Shown: positions 7,115 through 16,472 of the stretch, piece by piece
How the letters are laid out: each line of letters opens with the position of its first letter
Position numbering within the stretch: position 1 is the first letter of the stretch
Virus record (IMG/VR): IMGVR_UViG_3300027751_000011
Length of the DNA: 64,000 nt
Direction: 5' to 3' (one strand)
DNA from: an uncultured virus (IMG/VR IMGVR_UViG_3300027751_000011)
Taxonomy: Duplodnaviria > Heunggongvirae > Uroviricota > Caudoviricetes
Program-made: the position numbers and the translations under genes
Notes under the pieces: generated by a model
What the model was told of the DNA's origin: nothing
Databases searched by the model: none
Seen by the model: the letters and a program-made list of their open reading frames with translations, nothing else

Positions 7115-8836
7115 TTAATTACCTTTAATTTTACTAAAATTCTTTTCTTTGTAGACTTCGATCTTATTATCAAATCTACTGTCTAACATTTCACCCTTAT
7201 GGGATATCACAAAGACATTGGTATCATCACCAAGTGTCTGAATAATTTTCATTAGGTTATCTACTCCTTCATAGTCAAGGGACGAGTCGAATGTCTCATC
7301 CAGCATCAACAAGTTAGTTGATACGCTGTTTTTCATTTTAGCTATTTGGCGCCAAGTAAATAGTAAGGCCAAATCAATACGCTGCTTTTCACCTTCAGAA
7401 AAGGAATCATAAGAGAAATTATCTCTATGACGTGATCTAATTGTCTCGGAAAATGCTTCGTCTAAATAGAATGAAACGAAGAAGTCAAGCACCTGCAAGT
7501 ACTTGTTTACGAGGTTATTTATAACAGGCAGATACTGCTTTATGATTTTTGTTTTGATGCCAGTATCTTTTAGCATCTCTAGTATAACAGTATTATAACT
7601 CAAACTTTCATTAATGTACAATCTTTTTTCAAACAAATCATCTTTTAATTTTTTAAGAGATTCTAAGTCGCTGCGAGATTTACTTAGATCTCCGCTAGAT
7701 CCACGTATTTGTTCAATAGAACTGCTAATAGTTGTAATCTGTTCCTGTAGACGCCCTATCGATTTGTTATTAGAAGTAATAGTAGAAGTTTTATCTCTGA
7801 TTTGGTTTGCAGTATCAGTAAGTTTCTCAATGTTTGACTCTACTGTAACTGATCTCTCGTTAACATCTTGCACAGCATTATTCAGTACAGAGGCTTTCTC
7901 TTTAGCGGTTGCTAACTTTACGGCTTTAACTTCTTGATCTATGTCTTGAGTACATGTGGGACACGTGTCATTCTCTTCATAAAACTTTGTTTCTTTGACT
8001 AATGTTTTAATCTTTTGGCTGAACTCGGCTTGGTAGTGTAACAAACTTTGCCTTTTATCATGATTTTCTTTAAGACTTTCTTGCAGGCCAACAGACCTTT
8101 CCTCGATCTCAGCTGATAATGAAACATTTTCACGTTGAAAGGAATTAATTTCTTCCTGTGCATCGCTGATGTTTGATTCTTTTTGATTGATTTGCTCAAC
8201 TGATAAAGCCTCTACTTCTTTGATATACCGGTTTTGAAGATCGATCTTTTCTTTATTGAGATCTGCATCATAGTCAATAACTTTAAGATCATCTTTTAGT
8301 ACACTATTTTTTTCTTTAAGTATTTGGTTCATTTTTGAAAAGACATTAATGTCCAGAAGATCCTCAATAACATCACGCCTATGCTGTGCAGGGAGCTGCA
8401 TGAAAGGAATGAAGGAGGAAGATCCAAGCACAACAATTTGGTGAAACGACTTATGATTCAACTTAATGATGTTTTGTTCGAGGATCTTCTGGTACTCTTT
8501 GGCATGAGATGACTGGTTAATCATCGTGCCGTCTTTCCATATTTCAAACTTATTTGGTTTAATACCGCGTACAACTTTGTAGGCCGAGCCTGATACGGCA
8601 AACTCAATAGCTACTACGCAATCTTTATTATTAATTGTATTAACTAATTGAGGTTTACTAATATTTCGGTGCGCTTTACCGAATAATGCAAACGATAACG
8701 CGTCTAACATTGTAGATTTACCAGAACCATTATCTCCAACTATTAAGTTAGATTTATGCTTGGTAAAGTTAATACTGCTATATGAATTTCCAGTTGATAG
8801 GAAATTTTTCCACTTTAGGTTTTCAAATATAATCAT
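7115..8836 (-). CDS. gp46: Recombination endonuclease ATPase subunit (Rad50/SbcC-like)
   Basis: GDNGSGKST, CPTC zinc hook, FSEGEK signature, LDE, VISH. Confidence 0.97.
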   Translation of the reverse strand: MIIFENLKWKNFLSTGNSYSSINFTKHKSNLIVGDNGSGKSTMLDALSFALFGKAHRNISKPQLVNTINNKDCVVAIEFAVSGSAYKVVRGIKPNKFEIWKDGTMINQSSHAKEYQKILEQNIIKLNHKSFHQIVVLGSSSFIPFMQLPAQHRRDVIEDLLDINVFSKMNQILKEKNSVLKDDLKVIDYDADLNKEKIDLQNRYIKEVEALSVEQINQKESNISDAQEEINSFQRENVSLSAEIEERSVGLQESLKENHDKRQSLLHYQAEFSQKIKTLVKETKFYEENDTCPTCTQDIDQEVKAVKLATAKEKASVLNNAVQDVNERSVTVESNIEKLTDTANQIRDKTSTITSNNKSIGRLQEQITTISSSIEQIRGSSGDLSKSRSDLESLKKLKDDLFEKRLYINESLSYNTVILEMLKDTGIKTKIIKQYLPVINNLVNKYLQVLDFFVSFYLDEAFSETIRSRHRDNFSYDSFSEGEKQRIDLALLFTWRQIAKMKNSVSTNLLMLDETFDSSLDYEGVDNLMKIIQTLGDDTNVFVISHKGEMLDSRFDNKIEVYKEKNFSKIKGN

Positions 8837-9894
8837 GCTATTTCTAAGGTTTGTGCCTCAATCATAAGATCATGCATTTCTTTTTTAATGCGATCTTTAT
8901 CCAACTCAGTCTCTACATTATCAACGTAAGAATTAAGCAACGTACTCGTATCATCCATCGAGATATTATCATCCTCGACATTTTGACCTATGAACTCTGA
9001 AAAATTCTCTTGTATTTTTAGTTCGTGTATATTCTTATTCTGTATTCTATCAACAAATCGGTCAAATGTAAACAGATCATTTTTATTTATTACAACTATT
9101 TTAACAAATTTATTATCGAGTGTGCTAGTATCATAATCGCCATAATTAGTGCTTCTGTCATCATAGATAATTTTATGATACAGTACATGAGGATTTTGTA
9201 TAGCTTCCAGCTGCCTATTTTCTGTATTAAGTATGTGAAAGTATTTTTTATCGTGCGCATCATTCCAGAAAAACTCCATTTGAGAACCGAGATAGGTAAT
9301 ATTATTCTGAGAAGACTTAGTATGAAAATGTCCTGAAAGTACCGATTCAAACCTTTTAAAAATTTCAGGATCTAAACCATGCTCGTTCTTAATACCTTTT
9401 GCCATATCATATCCTGATATTTCAAAGTGACCTCCTAACCAATCGCACTTAGCATTGGCTATAAAGTCTAAAGAATCTTTCTCATTCGTGTTAGAGATCC
9501 ACGGAACTAATCCTAACTTAAACCCATCATAATCCATAACTCGAGGCTCATGAATAATATTCACTTCATTCATGTAATGACCCAATAGCTCTTTTAAACT
9601 GTTTAAATCATTTGTATTTTTATAGTAAGTGTCATGATTACCACAGATAATATCCATAGTAATACCATTGTCTCTTAACGGTTTAAGAAAGTGATGGCGG
9701 TTACGGTTAAGAGCACGGAAGTTGATAAACTTCCGGTTATCGTAGTAATCACCAAGATGCACAATATGCTTAATATTATGTTCCAAAAGATAAGGAAAGA
9801 ATACATCGCTATAAAATTTCTCTGCATTATCGAGAAATACGTCAGAGCTATTGCGGATACCACAATGAGTGTCATTAATTATGGCTATCTTCAT
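8833..9894 (-). CDS. gp47: Recombination endonuclease nuclease subunit (Mre11/SbcD-like)
   Basis: DTHCG, HLGD, GNHD, SGHFH metallophosphoesterase motifs. Confidence 0.97.
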   Translation of the reverse strand: MKIAIINDTHCGIRNSSDVFLDNAEKFYSDVFFPYLLEHNIKHIVHLGDYYDNRKFINFRALNRNRHHFLKPLRDNGITMDIICGNHDTYYKNTNDLNSLKELLGHYMNEVNIIHEPRVMDYDGFKLGLVPWISNTNEKDSLDFIANAKCDWLGGHFEISGYDMAKGIKNEHGLDPEIFKRFESVLSGHFHTKSSQNNITYLGSQMEFFWNDAHDKKYFHILNTENRQLEAIQNPHVLYHKIIYDDRSTNYGDYDTSTLDNKFVKIVVINKNDLFTFDRFVDRIQNKNIHELKIQENFSEFIGQNVEDDNISMDDTSTLLNSYVDNVETELDKDRIKKEMHDLMIEAQTLEIA

Positions 9895-10627
9895 CTAGTA
9901 TAGACCTTTTCGGTGACCAACCAAGCCGATACAAGTAGTCAACATTTGCCTGCGTTTTAATTCTTTCACCTTTAGGATTTTCATCTCTAATTTCTCCTTC
10001 ATAATTAAATATATTTTGAGCCATGTCTAAAACTCTAAATGCTTTTCCTGTACCAATATCTAAAACTGTTTCGTCTATCATAGACCAGTTAATAGATATC
10101 GTCCATATAGCAGCACATAAATCGTCAATGTGAATCCAGTCTCTATAATGCTGAGAGTTTATATAAGTTACTTCTTTCTTTTCTAGCTTTTTGTATAGCA
10201 TATCATCTCGACCAGGCCACACGGTATGAAACCTCATACCCTTTGCGTTACTTGACTTAGTAGCTAGTAGCTCACACATTTTTTTAGTAGCAGCATATGG
10301 ATTACCCCACCACTCATATGCGTTAGAAGATGAAGCATATAAAACCTTTTTACAGAATAAATCTCCAAACTTTAAAGCGTTTTCTGTACCTACAACATTA
10401 TTCTCATAGTAGAATTCAGGTTCCTCGAACGAACGCCGTACGCCAGGAATAGCAGCAAGATGAATTAACATATCCCATTTATCACCGGTATATTTATTAT
10501 ATTTGTGCCATTCACTCCATTGTACTATATCTCCATCGAAATGTACAACAGTATTTCCTTTATTTTCTAAGAATTTAGATAGATTAGATCCTACACAACC
10601 TTCCCAACCAGTTAACAATATTTTCAT
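9875..10627 (-). CDS. NAD-dependent nucleotide-sugar epimerase/dehydratase (extended SDR)
   Basis: TG.EG.VG Rossmann motif, HLAA, ASSS, Y...K (YAATK), RDWIHIDD. Confidence 0.9.
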   Translation of the reverse strand: MKILLTGWEGCVGSNLSKFLENKGNTVVHFDGDIVQWSEWHKYNKYTGDKWDMLIHLAAIPGVRRSFEEPEFYYENNVVGTENALKFGDLFCKKVLYASSSNAYEWWGNPYAATKKMCELLATKSSNAKGMRFHTVWPGRDDMLYKKLEKKEVTYINSQHYRDWIHIDDLCAAIWTISINWSMIDETVLDIGTGKAFRVLDMAQNIFNYEGEIRDENPKGERIKTQANVDYLYRLGWSPKRSILDEDSHN

Positions 10628-10632
10628 ACTAA

Positions 10633-11229
10633 TTAGTTTCCCATAAATTTAGTAAGGTCTGAATCTACCATCACTTCTCTTTTCTTTCGAACTACTTTTT
10701 CTTTCTTAATAAATTTTTTAATCTTAGTATCTTTTTCTTTTATCTTATCCATTCGATCTTTTAGTTGATCTAGAAAAGTATTCAGTACGGCTGTAGAACC
10801 AACATCTTCATTTCCTCCATGTACATATTGATCGATACCAGACTGAGCAAGATAACGCATTTTTAATTCTTGTTGCTTTTTTTCTTTTTCGATTCTTCGA
10901 AGAAAGGCATACCAACTAATCTGAGTAAAATAAGCAAAAGCGTTTGGCTTGCCAGTTCGAGTAGCTGCATCAACATTATAGTTGTTAATAGCTTTTAGAC
11001 AGTTTTCTACAGCATCCATAACCATTTCTTCACGATATGTATATCGAATAAAATTAGATTTATGCGACAAACCTTCAGCTATTTTTAGAAAGCATTGAGC
11101 TATATAATCTGGAACAAGAGGAAGCTCTAACTCCTTTGATTTTGATTCGCTTAGTTCTCTACAATAATCAACTACAGCTTGAGAAAACTCAGCGTTATTT
11201 ACGTAGTGAATGCTTTTCTTTTTTGCCAT
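10633..11229 (-). CDS. gp55: Late-transcription sigma factor
   Basis: HYVNN.EF, KIAEGLSHK.NF..Y.YREEM..DA.ENC, NAFAYFTQI...AFLRRI.KEKKQ. Confidence 0.96.
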   Translation of the reverse strand: MAKKKSIHYVNNAEFSQAVVDYCRELSESKSKELELPLVPDYIAQCFLKIAEGLSHKSNFIRYTYREEMVMDAVENCLKAINNYNVDAATRTGKPNAFAYFTQISWYAFLRRIEKEKKQQELKMRYLAQSGIDQYVHGGNEDVGSTAVLNTFLDQLKDRMDKIKEKDTKIKKFIKKEKVVRKKREVMVDSDLTKFMGN

Positions 11230-11255
11230 AACAAAATCCTTCATGTAATGTTTAT

Positions 11256-11284
11256 ATTCTACTGCATTTTTCGTAGTATGTAAA
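11256..11284 (-). promoter_or_regulatory. sigma70-like promoter for the gp55 operon (TTTACA-N17-TAGAAT)
   Basis: Identical hexamers and spacer to the gp43 promoter. Confidence 0.7.
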
Positions 11285-11319
11285 TAGCATATTTTTTTTT
11301 ATTTTTATGCGTTTTATGG

Positions 11320-11347
11320 TGTACAAACCCGCCCAGGTGTGTATAAT
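11320..11347 (+). promoter_or_regulatory. Divergent plus-strand sigma70-like promoter (TGTACA-N16-TATAAT) with no downstream sense ORF
   Basis: Motif read directly; faces the 3' end of the 11379..11825 gene. Confidence 0.5.
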
Positions 11348-11378
11348 AAATTAAGAGCTTTTTGGTGGGAGTAGTATA

Positions 11379-11825
11379 CTAATGTAATTTATCTGGTTTT
11401 GGAAATGAAAGCACGTTATTGGTTAATTCATCTAACTCATCTTCGCCGATGTCATCTTCTCCTTGACCACTTAATAAAGCTTTTATCTTTAAAGCTACTT
11501 CTTCGTGAGTAAGATTTTCGTCTTCAAGACCTTCGTTTCCTAAAACGGCCTCTTTATAATACCCTAACATTTTGATGGAAGGGTTAGCTTCTGCTATTAT
11601 ACTAAAACCATTAAGTGATATAATTCCATCTGTATCATCTACCATAGTTAACCATGGCTTAAGAGTATAGTACCTATAACCTCTCATGTCGTCATCATGA
11701 GCTACAATTAAGAGAGACTTTCTTACAATAATATCTGAAGCGCCCATTTCTTCATCTGGCCATTCAACTACTTCGCAAACTATCTCTTCACCGGTACTAA
11801 GTTTAAATTGCTTAATGTCATACAT
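11379..11825 (-). CDS. Conserved T4-like hypothetical protein between uvsW and gp55
   Basis: IKQFKL.TGEEIVCEV N-terminus, PW motif; position typical of marine T4-like phages. Confidence 0.8.
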   Translation of the reverse strand: MYDIKQFKLSTGEEIVCEVVEWPDEEMGASDIIVRKSLLIVAHDDDMRGYRYYTLKPWLTMVDDTDGIISLNGFSIIAEANPSIKMLGYYKEAVLGNEGLEDENLTHEEVALKIKALLSGQGEDDIGEDELDELTNNVLSFPKPDKLH

Positions 11826-13314
11826 TGATGTCTACCTTAATTATTTTATAGTTAAACTCTTCTTTTTCGTAAATCTTTACTCTCTCTGCTCCATGCATTA
11901 GAGTGTAGTTTTTCCTTCCTCTCCAGTGCAAATCATCTGTGATATCATATAGGGTTGTTTTTCTTCCATCGTCTGAGACTCTAAGACCACGGCCAATACT
12001 CTGCAGAACTTTGATTTGGGACTTGCTTGGTGAAGCGAATATGATATTATGCAGATTGCGAATGTTAATACCAGTGCTGAATGTTCCCAAGGAGGCGACG
12101 ATGATTGCATCTTTCTGTTTCTCTACTATTTTTCTTATAGATTCTCGGTCCGCAGTATCAACTTCTCCTGAAACAAAAAACACCTTTCTATCCTCGCTTA
12201 CTTTATTATTTATCATCTCATAGAGTGGCTTTCCATGAGCATCCACACGTAAAAATAAGACAAGAGTATTTCCCTTAGAGCTAACAGCCAAATTACGAAT
12301 AAGGCGATTCCTAGCGTCATTTCTAATAATAAAGTCAATCTCATCTTGATAGGTTTGTTTTCCAAAGTTTTTCCTTATTTCTTCTGAGTAGTTTAGCAAT
12401 AACACATTAATATCAAGAGGAGCTAAAGTTTCATTATCTTGTAAAGCCTTGGTAGTCGTAACTTGATATACTGGCCCAAACAATCCTTCAAGGACAAGCT
12501 TATGTGTTTGTGTACCATCTAAAGTTCCCGTTGTACCAAACCGGTATTTTGCTTCAGTGGCTTTATTCATAATCGATGATAGCGACTTTGATTTAAATCC
12601 GTGACACTCATCACCTATAACCATACCAAACTGTTCAAACCATTTCTTAGGGTATTTATATATGCTTTGCCATGTAGATATTATAACTGCTTTATCTGTA
12701 ACTTTGTCTTTACCCGAATAAATACGATGCATCATTTCTTTAGTACCTCCATAATCAATGAAGTCTTGATGCATCTGTTCAACTAAAGATGTAGTTGGAA
12801 CAATGATAAGCACTCTTCCACCTCTGGGGTCGTTAAACCCGTTTGATAAATAGTGCAACCAGTACTTAACTAACAAATAAATTATAAATGATTTACCACT
12901 ACCAGTTGGAGATAATAATATTGCTCGAGTTCTTTTTAGGGCTGTTTCAAGCGCATCGTATTGATAATCTCGAGGTTGAAATGGAAGTGTTGCGTCAGCT
13001 AGTAGATCAGGTAGTTGTTGAAGAGGTTGTGGATCATAATGAGGAAAACCATAAGAAGATTCTTCAGTGTCAACAGCATATGATCTCTGAGATGCAAACT
13101 CTAACAAATACGCATATAGCCCAGCATTTAGCTCACCGTTCATGCGATTAAATAACCTAATTTTACCGTCCCATATCTTGTTTTTATAGGCAGGCATAAA
13201 TTTATAGCCTGGTACAAAAAATGAAAAGTAGTCGGATAATTCTGCGGCATGCCCTGCTTCGCAATCAACATACAGCATGCTATAATCTTTTAATCTTACA
13301 GTAAAGTCAGCCAT
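11818..13314 (-). CDS. uvsW: SF2 DNA helicase UvsW
   Basis: PRDYQ, SPTGSGKS, DECH, TGT, STGINI, QSIGRGLR. Confidence 0.96.
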   Translation of the reverse strand: MADFTVRLKDYSMLYVDCEAGHAAELSDYFSFFVPGYKFMPAYKNKIWDGKIRLFNRMNGELNAGLYAYLLEFASQRSYAVDTEESSYGFPHYDPQPLQQLPDLLADATLPFQPRDYQYDALETALKRTRAILLSPTGSGKSFIIYLLVKYWLHYLSNGFNDPRGGRVLIIVPTTSLVEQMHQDFIDYGGTKEMMHRIYSGKDKVTDKAVIISTWQSIYKYPKKWFEQFGMVIGDECHGFKSKSLSSIMNKATEAKYRFGTTGTLDGTQTHKLVLEGLFGPVYQVTTTKALQDNETLAPLDINVLLLNYSEEIRKNFGKQTYQDEIDFIIRNDARNRLIRNLAVSSKGNTLVLFLRVDAHGKPLYEMINNKVSEDRKVFFVSGEVDTADRESIRKIVEKQKDAIIVASLGTFSTGINIRNLHNIIFASPSKSQIKVLQSIGRGLRVSDDGRKTTLYDITDDLHWRGRKNYTLMHGAERVKIYEKEEFNYKIIKVDINV

Positions 13315-13978
13315 TCTCTTTTAATTCTTTATATTTTTGTCTCACATCAATAAACTGTGATAGGTAGTCATGAGTTTTTATCTTAAACACCTGAGGAGCA
13401 TCATGGTCAACCGCTACAAGGATTACACCTTGTTTTATAGGAACCCCGGTTATCTCATAAAATGCTGCAGCATAGAACGATGCTTGTATAAAATAGTTAG
13501 TAATCCATTCTTTTTTCTTTGGTTTTCTAGCTGTCTTAAAGTCTACGATAGAAAGCTCGCCGTCGAATTCTGCAATACAGTCTACTTGGCCAGCACATTT
13601 AAGTTTATCACTATATAAAAACTCTTCTTGAAACCATACGTTGTTTAATCTCGTATCAATAATGCTTTTGATATGACTAAACGTATATAGGTTGTTAGGC
13701 ATCGCGCCCTTATCCCAATCACTAATGTTATCTATATAATCCTCAGCAAGCTTGTGTACAGCAGTACCTCTTGTTGCTGCTTGATGAGATATTTTATTAG
13801 CCTCTTCTTCGCCTACTCTTTTACGCCATTTCATAATACCGTCTTTACTTAGAATGCCAAGAACAGTTGTAATAGATGGATATGAATTACCTTCAGGTGT
13901 AAAATACTTACGACTCTTTTCAGTAGTTTTACGAGTCACTTTCGGTAGTATTACCCCATGATCAAAGTGTGTAAACAT
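13307..13978 (-). CDS. PD-(D/E)xK exonuclease
   Basis: YPSITTVL, RGT.VH...E, G.VDC.......VDFKT, Q...YA. Confidence 0.88.
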   Translation of the reverse strand: MFTHFDHGVILPKVTRKTTEKSRKYFTPEGNSYPSITTVLGILSKDGIMKWRKRVGEEEANKISHQAATRGTAVHKLAEDYIDNISDWDKGAMPNNLYTFSHIKSIIDTRLNNVWFQEEFLYSDKLKCAGQVDCIAEFDGELSIVDFKTARKPKKKEWITNYFIQASFYAAAFYEITGVPIKQGVILVAVDHDAPQVFKIKTHDYLSQFIDVRQKYKELKENG

Positions 13979-14421
13979 TATGTGCCAGCCTCAAATTGTT
14001 TCCATCTTATAATATTACCTATAGTCTGATGCCTCCAATTGAGATTAGTGATAATTTCTGTAAGAGTTTCAACTATAGTTTTCCAATACTGCACCTTTTC
14101 TTCGCTTTTTTGTATTTCTGGGTCACTGTCGTAATAGTAATCCATTTCACCTTTCATGATTTTTAAACCATCAAGTGGATCATAGTCCCAGCCCAACTGT
14201 CGTATTTGCTCTTCAGACATTTTACCGTTATACCAAAGCCATTTGTGCTTGAGCAAGGTTTTTTGTTTGAATTCTTCACGCTTCTTTGCAAGTTTAGCTT
14301 CTGCTAACCACTGTAGATATTTTGCGTGTAATTTTGGTGTATCTCGAGATGTCTCATCTAATTTATGATCATCTATTTTTGAGTCGACAGACCACTCATC
14401 TAATATAGCCTTTAAGTCCAT
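13978..14421 (-). CDS. uvsY: Recombination mediator UvsY
   Basis: W..DS.ID, P.LHAKYL, R...I.N.I.W..F.AG; synteny. Confidence 0.9.
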   Translation of the reverse strand: MDLKAILDEWSVDSKIDDHKLDETSRDTPKLHAKYLQWLAEAKLAKKREEFKQKTLLKHKWLWYNGKMSEEQIRQLGWDYDPLDGLKIMKGEMDYYYDSDPEIQKSEEKVQYWKTIVETLTEIITNLNWRHQTIGNIIRWKQFEAGT

Positions 14422-14447
14422 AGTATCTCCATAATATATAGTGTTAT

Positions 14448-14996
14448 TTATCTTAGTTCAAAGTATGAGAATCTAAACGATGCAGGATAAGTAATGTACT
14501 GCTGAGCGCCTGAGGTAGCCTCAAGTGACATATCACCTAGACTTACTGGCATGCAATCAATATAACGTATTTGCCTCGTTGAATTATTGTGGGAGCTTAG
14601 AATATTTACCGTGATATCCGCATAAGCCGGCGGCTTGCCTTCTATTTTATCTGTTGGATTTGTAGTATTATTTTCCACAAGCCTATGCATCCAATTATAC
14701 ATCTCTGTATAAGAATTTAGATTTTCATCTACTAAAATAATAGCTGTTAGCTCACTGAATGTAAGTTTGTCTCCAACAAATGGAACAGAACTAATCTTTC
14801 TAAATGGCTGTTCTACAGAATTCATATTTAAAGAAGGGTGTAAAATAGCTTGACAGAAGAATTGCAAATTCGCATAATGTTTTCTATCTATAACCATGCT
14901 AAATGCACTTGGCTGCAAGTAGTTAAGGCCGTTTAAACCAGAACTACTTATATCGTTACTAACACTAACATCAACGTTAGGATTTAAGGTCGCCAT
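14448..14996 (-). CDS. gp3: Tail completion / sheath stabiliser
   Basis: NYLQP..F, FFCQ...P, GDKL.F.EL, VDE.L..Y.EM.NW; downstream of gp23. Confidence 0.88.
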   Translation of the reverse strand: MATLNPNVDVSVSNDISSSGLNGLNYLQPSAFSMVIDRKHYANLQFFCQAILHPSLNMNSVEQPFRKISSVPFVGDKLTFSELTAIILVDENLNSYTEMYNWMHRLVENNTTNPTDKIEGKPPAYADITVNILSSHNNSTRQIRYIDCMPVSLGDMSLEATSGAQQYITYPASFRFSYFELR

Positions 14997-15019
14997 AACT
15001 ATTCTCCATAACTTTATCC

Positions 15020-15053
15020 TATTTATACTACCACATTCTGAAGGTAATGTACA
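15020..15053 (-). promoter_or_regulatory. Overlapping sigma70-like (TGTACA-N17-TAGTAT) and late (TATAAATA) promoters
   Basis: Motifs upstream of gp3-uvsY-exo-uvsW. Confidence 0.65.
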
Positions 15054-15068
15054 CCTTTATTAAAACAT

Positions 15069-15093
15069 AAAAAAAGGGCGCCGAAGCGCCCTT
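15069..15093 (-). terminator. Intrinsic terminator after gp23
   Basis: AAGGGCGC-UUCG-GCGCCCUU followed by a U run. Confidence 0.9.
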
Positions 15094-15119
15094 AGTTATT
15101 GGAGAGTTAAATCTCTCTC

Positions 15120-16454
15120 TTATGTAAGGATATTGTCTACGCGGAAGATTCTGTAGTACTGGTTTGTACGTGCAGTCGCAAGACCATCAGAACCATCTAC
15201 GTATGGGTTTGAAGCCATGCCGTAACGTGTTTTGAACCCGATGCGTGGCTGGAAGTCATTCTCACCAACGGCACGGACCATAGTCAACGGTACATATGGG
15301 CAATAGAATACACCAGCGTCATATGGGTTAGTACCCTTATAGCCTACGTTGATATAATCAGTTGTTGCATATGGATCGATGTACACTCTCATGCGACCGT
15401 TCATAACACCAGCAAATGTGTTGCCTGTGTCATCTACGTTCAAGTTAGTTGAAAGCGCAGGTGAATAGTCCAACATGCCTGAAGCTGCAAGAGCAGAAGC
15501 AACATCTGAAGAACATACGATAAAGTTACCTTTACCTCTACGTGTTTCTTTTGCAATTACGTTTGCTTCACGATCAAGTTGTACACCAAGACCTTTGAAC
15601 TTCTCAGCTGACCAACGACCATCTGCATCTGTTGACAAGTCAAAGATACCTTTAGTTGTTACGTTAGCTTGAAGTGCACCGACTTTAGCTTGTGAGTTAA
15701 TTGTACGAACTACTTCGCGGTTGATTTCTGCAAGAATTTCTGTTGACAAGATATTCGCCAACTCTGATTCTGCGTCAAGACCATGAATTGCTTTCAAGTC
15801 TTGTGCAAGTTCCAGAGTATATTCTGCTTTCAACGCACGTGATTTAGCAGTCACAGTGGATTTTTCAATACTGAAACCCATTTCTGCGAATGCGCCACCA
15901 GTGTTACCCAGTGCTTCAGCATCTGCTGTATCATAACCAGCACCAGTACGTGGACCTGCAACTACTGAAGCTTCGTCAGCAATTGAAGAATCTGTATCAG
16001 CATCAGTTACGCCGGCCAAGCCAGATGGCGAACCGTTTGCAACGACATCTGAGTCTCCTGAGTAACCAACTGCAGCTTCGTTAAACAGTGCTTCGTCATT
16101 AGCTAGAACACCTGATTTTATAGATTTATACTTCGATTTCATTGCGAAGATCAAGCCTGTTGGGCCTGACATTGGCTGAACACCGCAAATGTCATATGCC
16201 ATCATGTTTGGCATTGCACGGCGTACAAGTGAAATCAGTACTGGATTCCAGTTATCAGCTGCACCTGTTGCGGCTGTACCTGCACCAGCAGCGTTAGCTG
16301 CGGTTTCTTGTAAACCTTGCTCACGCAAAGCTTTTTCAGTGTTTTCAAGAACAACGGCTGTTACATTGCGACGATGTTGGTCCTCGATTTTACCAGCTGT
16401 TTCTTCGTTAAGAACTGGAGCCCATTTCTCCACGATCCGATCATAAGTATCCAT
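15120..16454 (-). CDS. gp23: Major capsid protein
   Basis: LISLVRRAMP, GVQPMSGPTGLIFAM, KSRALKAEYT.ELAQDLKAIHGLDAE, YCPYVPL, FQP.IGFKTRYG. Confidence 0.99.
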   Translation of the reverse strand: MDTYDRIVEKWAPVLNEETAGKIEDQHRRNVTAVVLENTEKALREQGLQETAANAAGAGTAATGAADNWNPVLISLVRRAMPNMMAYDICGVQPMSGPTGLIFAMKSKYKSIKSGVLANDEALFNEAAVGYSGDSDVVANGSPSGLAGVTDADTDSSIADEASVVAGPRTGAGYDTADAEALGNTGGAFAEMGFSIEKSTVTAKSRALKAEYTLELAQDLKAIHGLDAESELANILSTEILAEINREVVRTINSQAKVGALQANVTTKGIFDLSTDADGRWSAEKFKGLGVQLDREANVIAKETRRGKGNFIVCSSDVASALAASGMLDYSPALSTNLNVDDTGNTFAGVMNGRMRVYIDPYATTDYINVGYKGTNPYDAGVFYCPYVPLTMVRAVGENDFQPRIGFKTRYGMASNPYVDGSDGLATARTNQYYRIFRVDNILT

Positions 16455-16472
16455 TTAGGATCTCCTTTTTTA

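Noticed and set aside
13307..13978. Cas4 / CRISPR-associated nuclease
   Set aside because: Lacks the four-Cys Fe-S cluster pattern; it is the PD-(D/E)xK exonuclease found beside uvsY/uvsW in T4-like phages.
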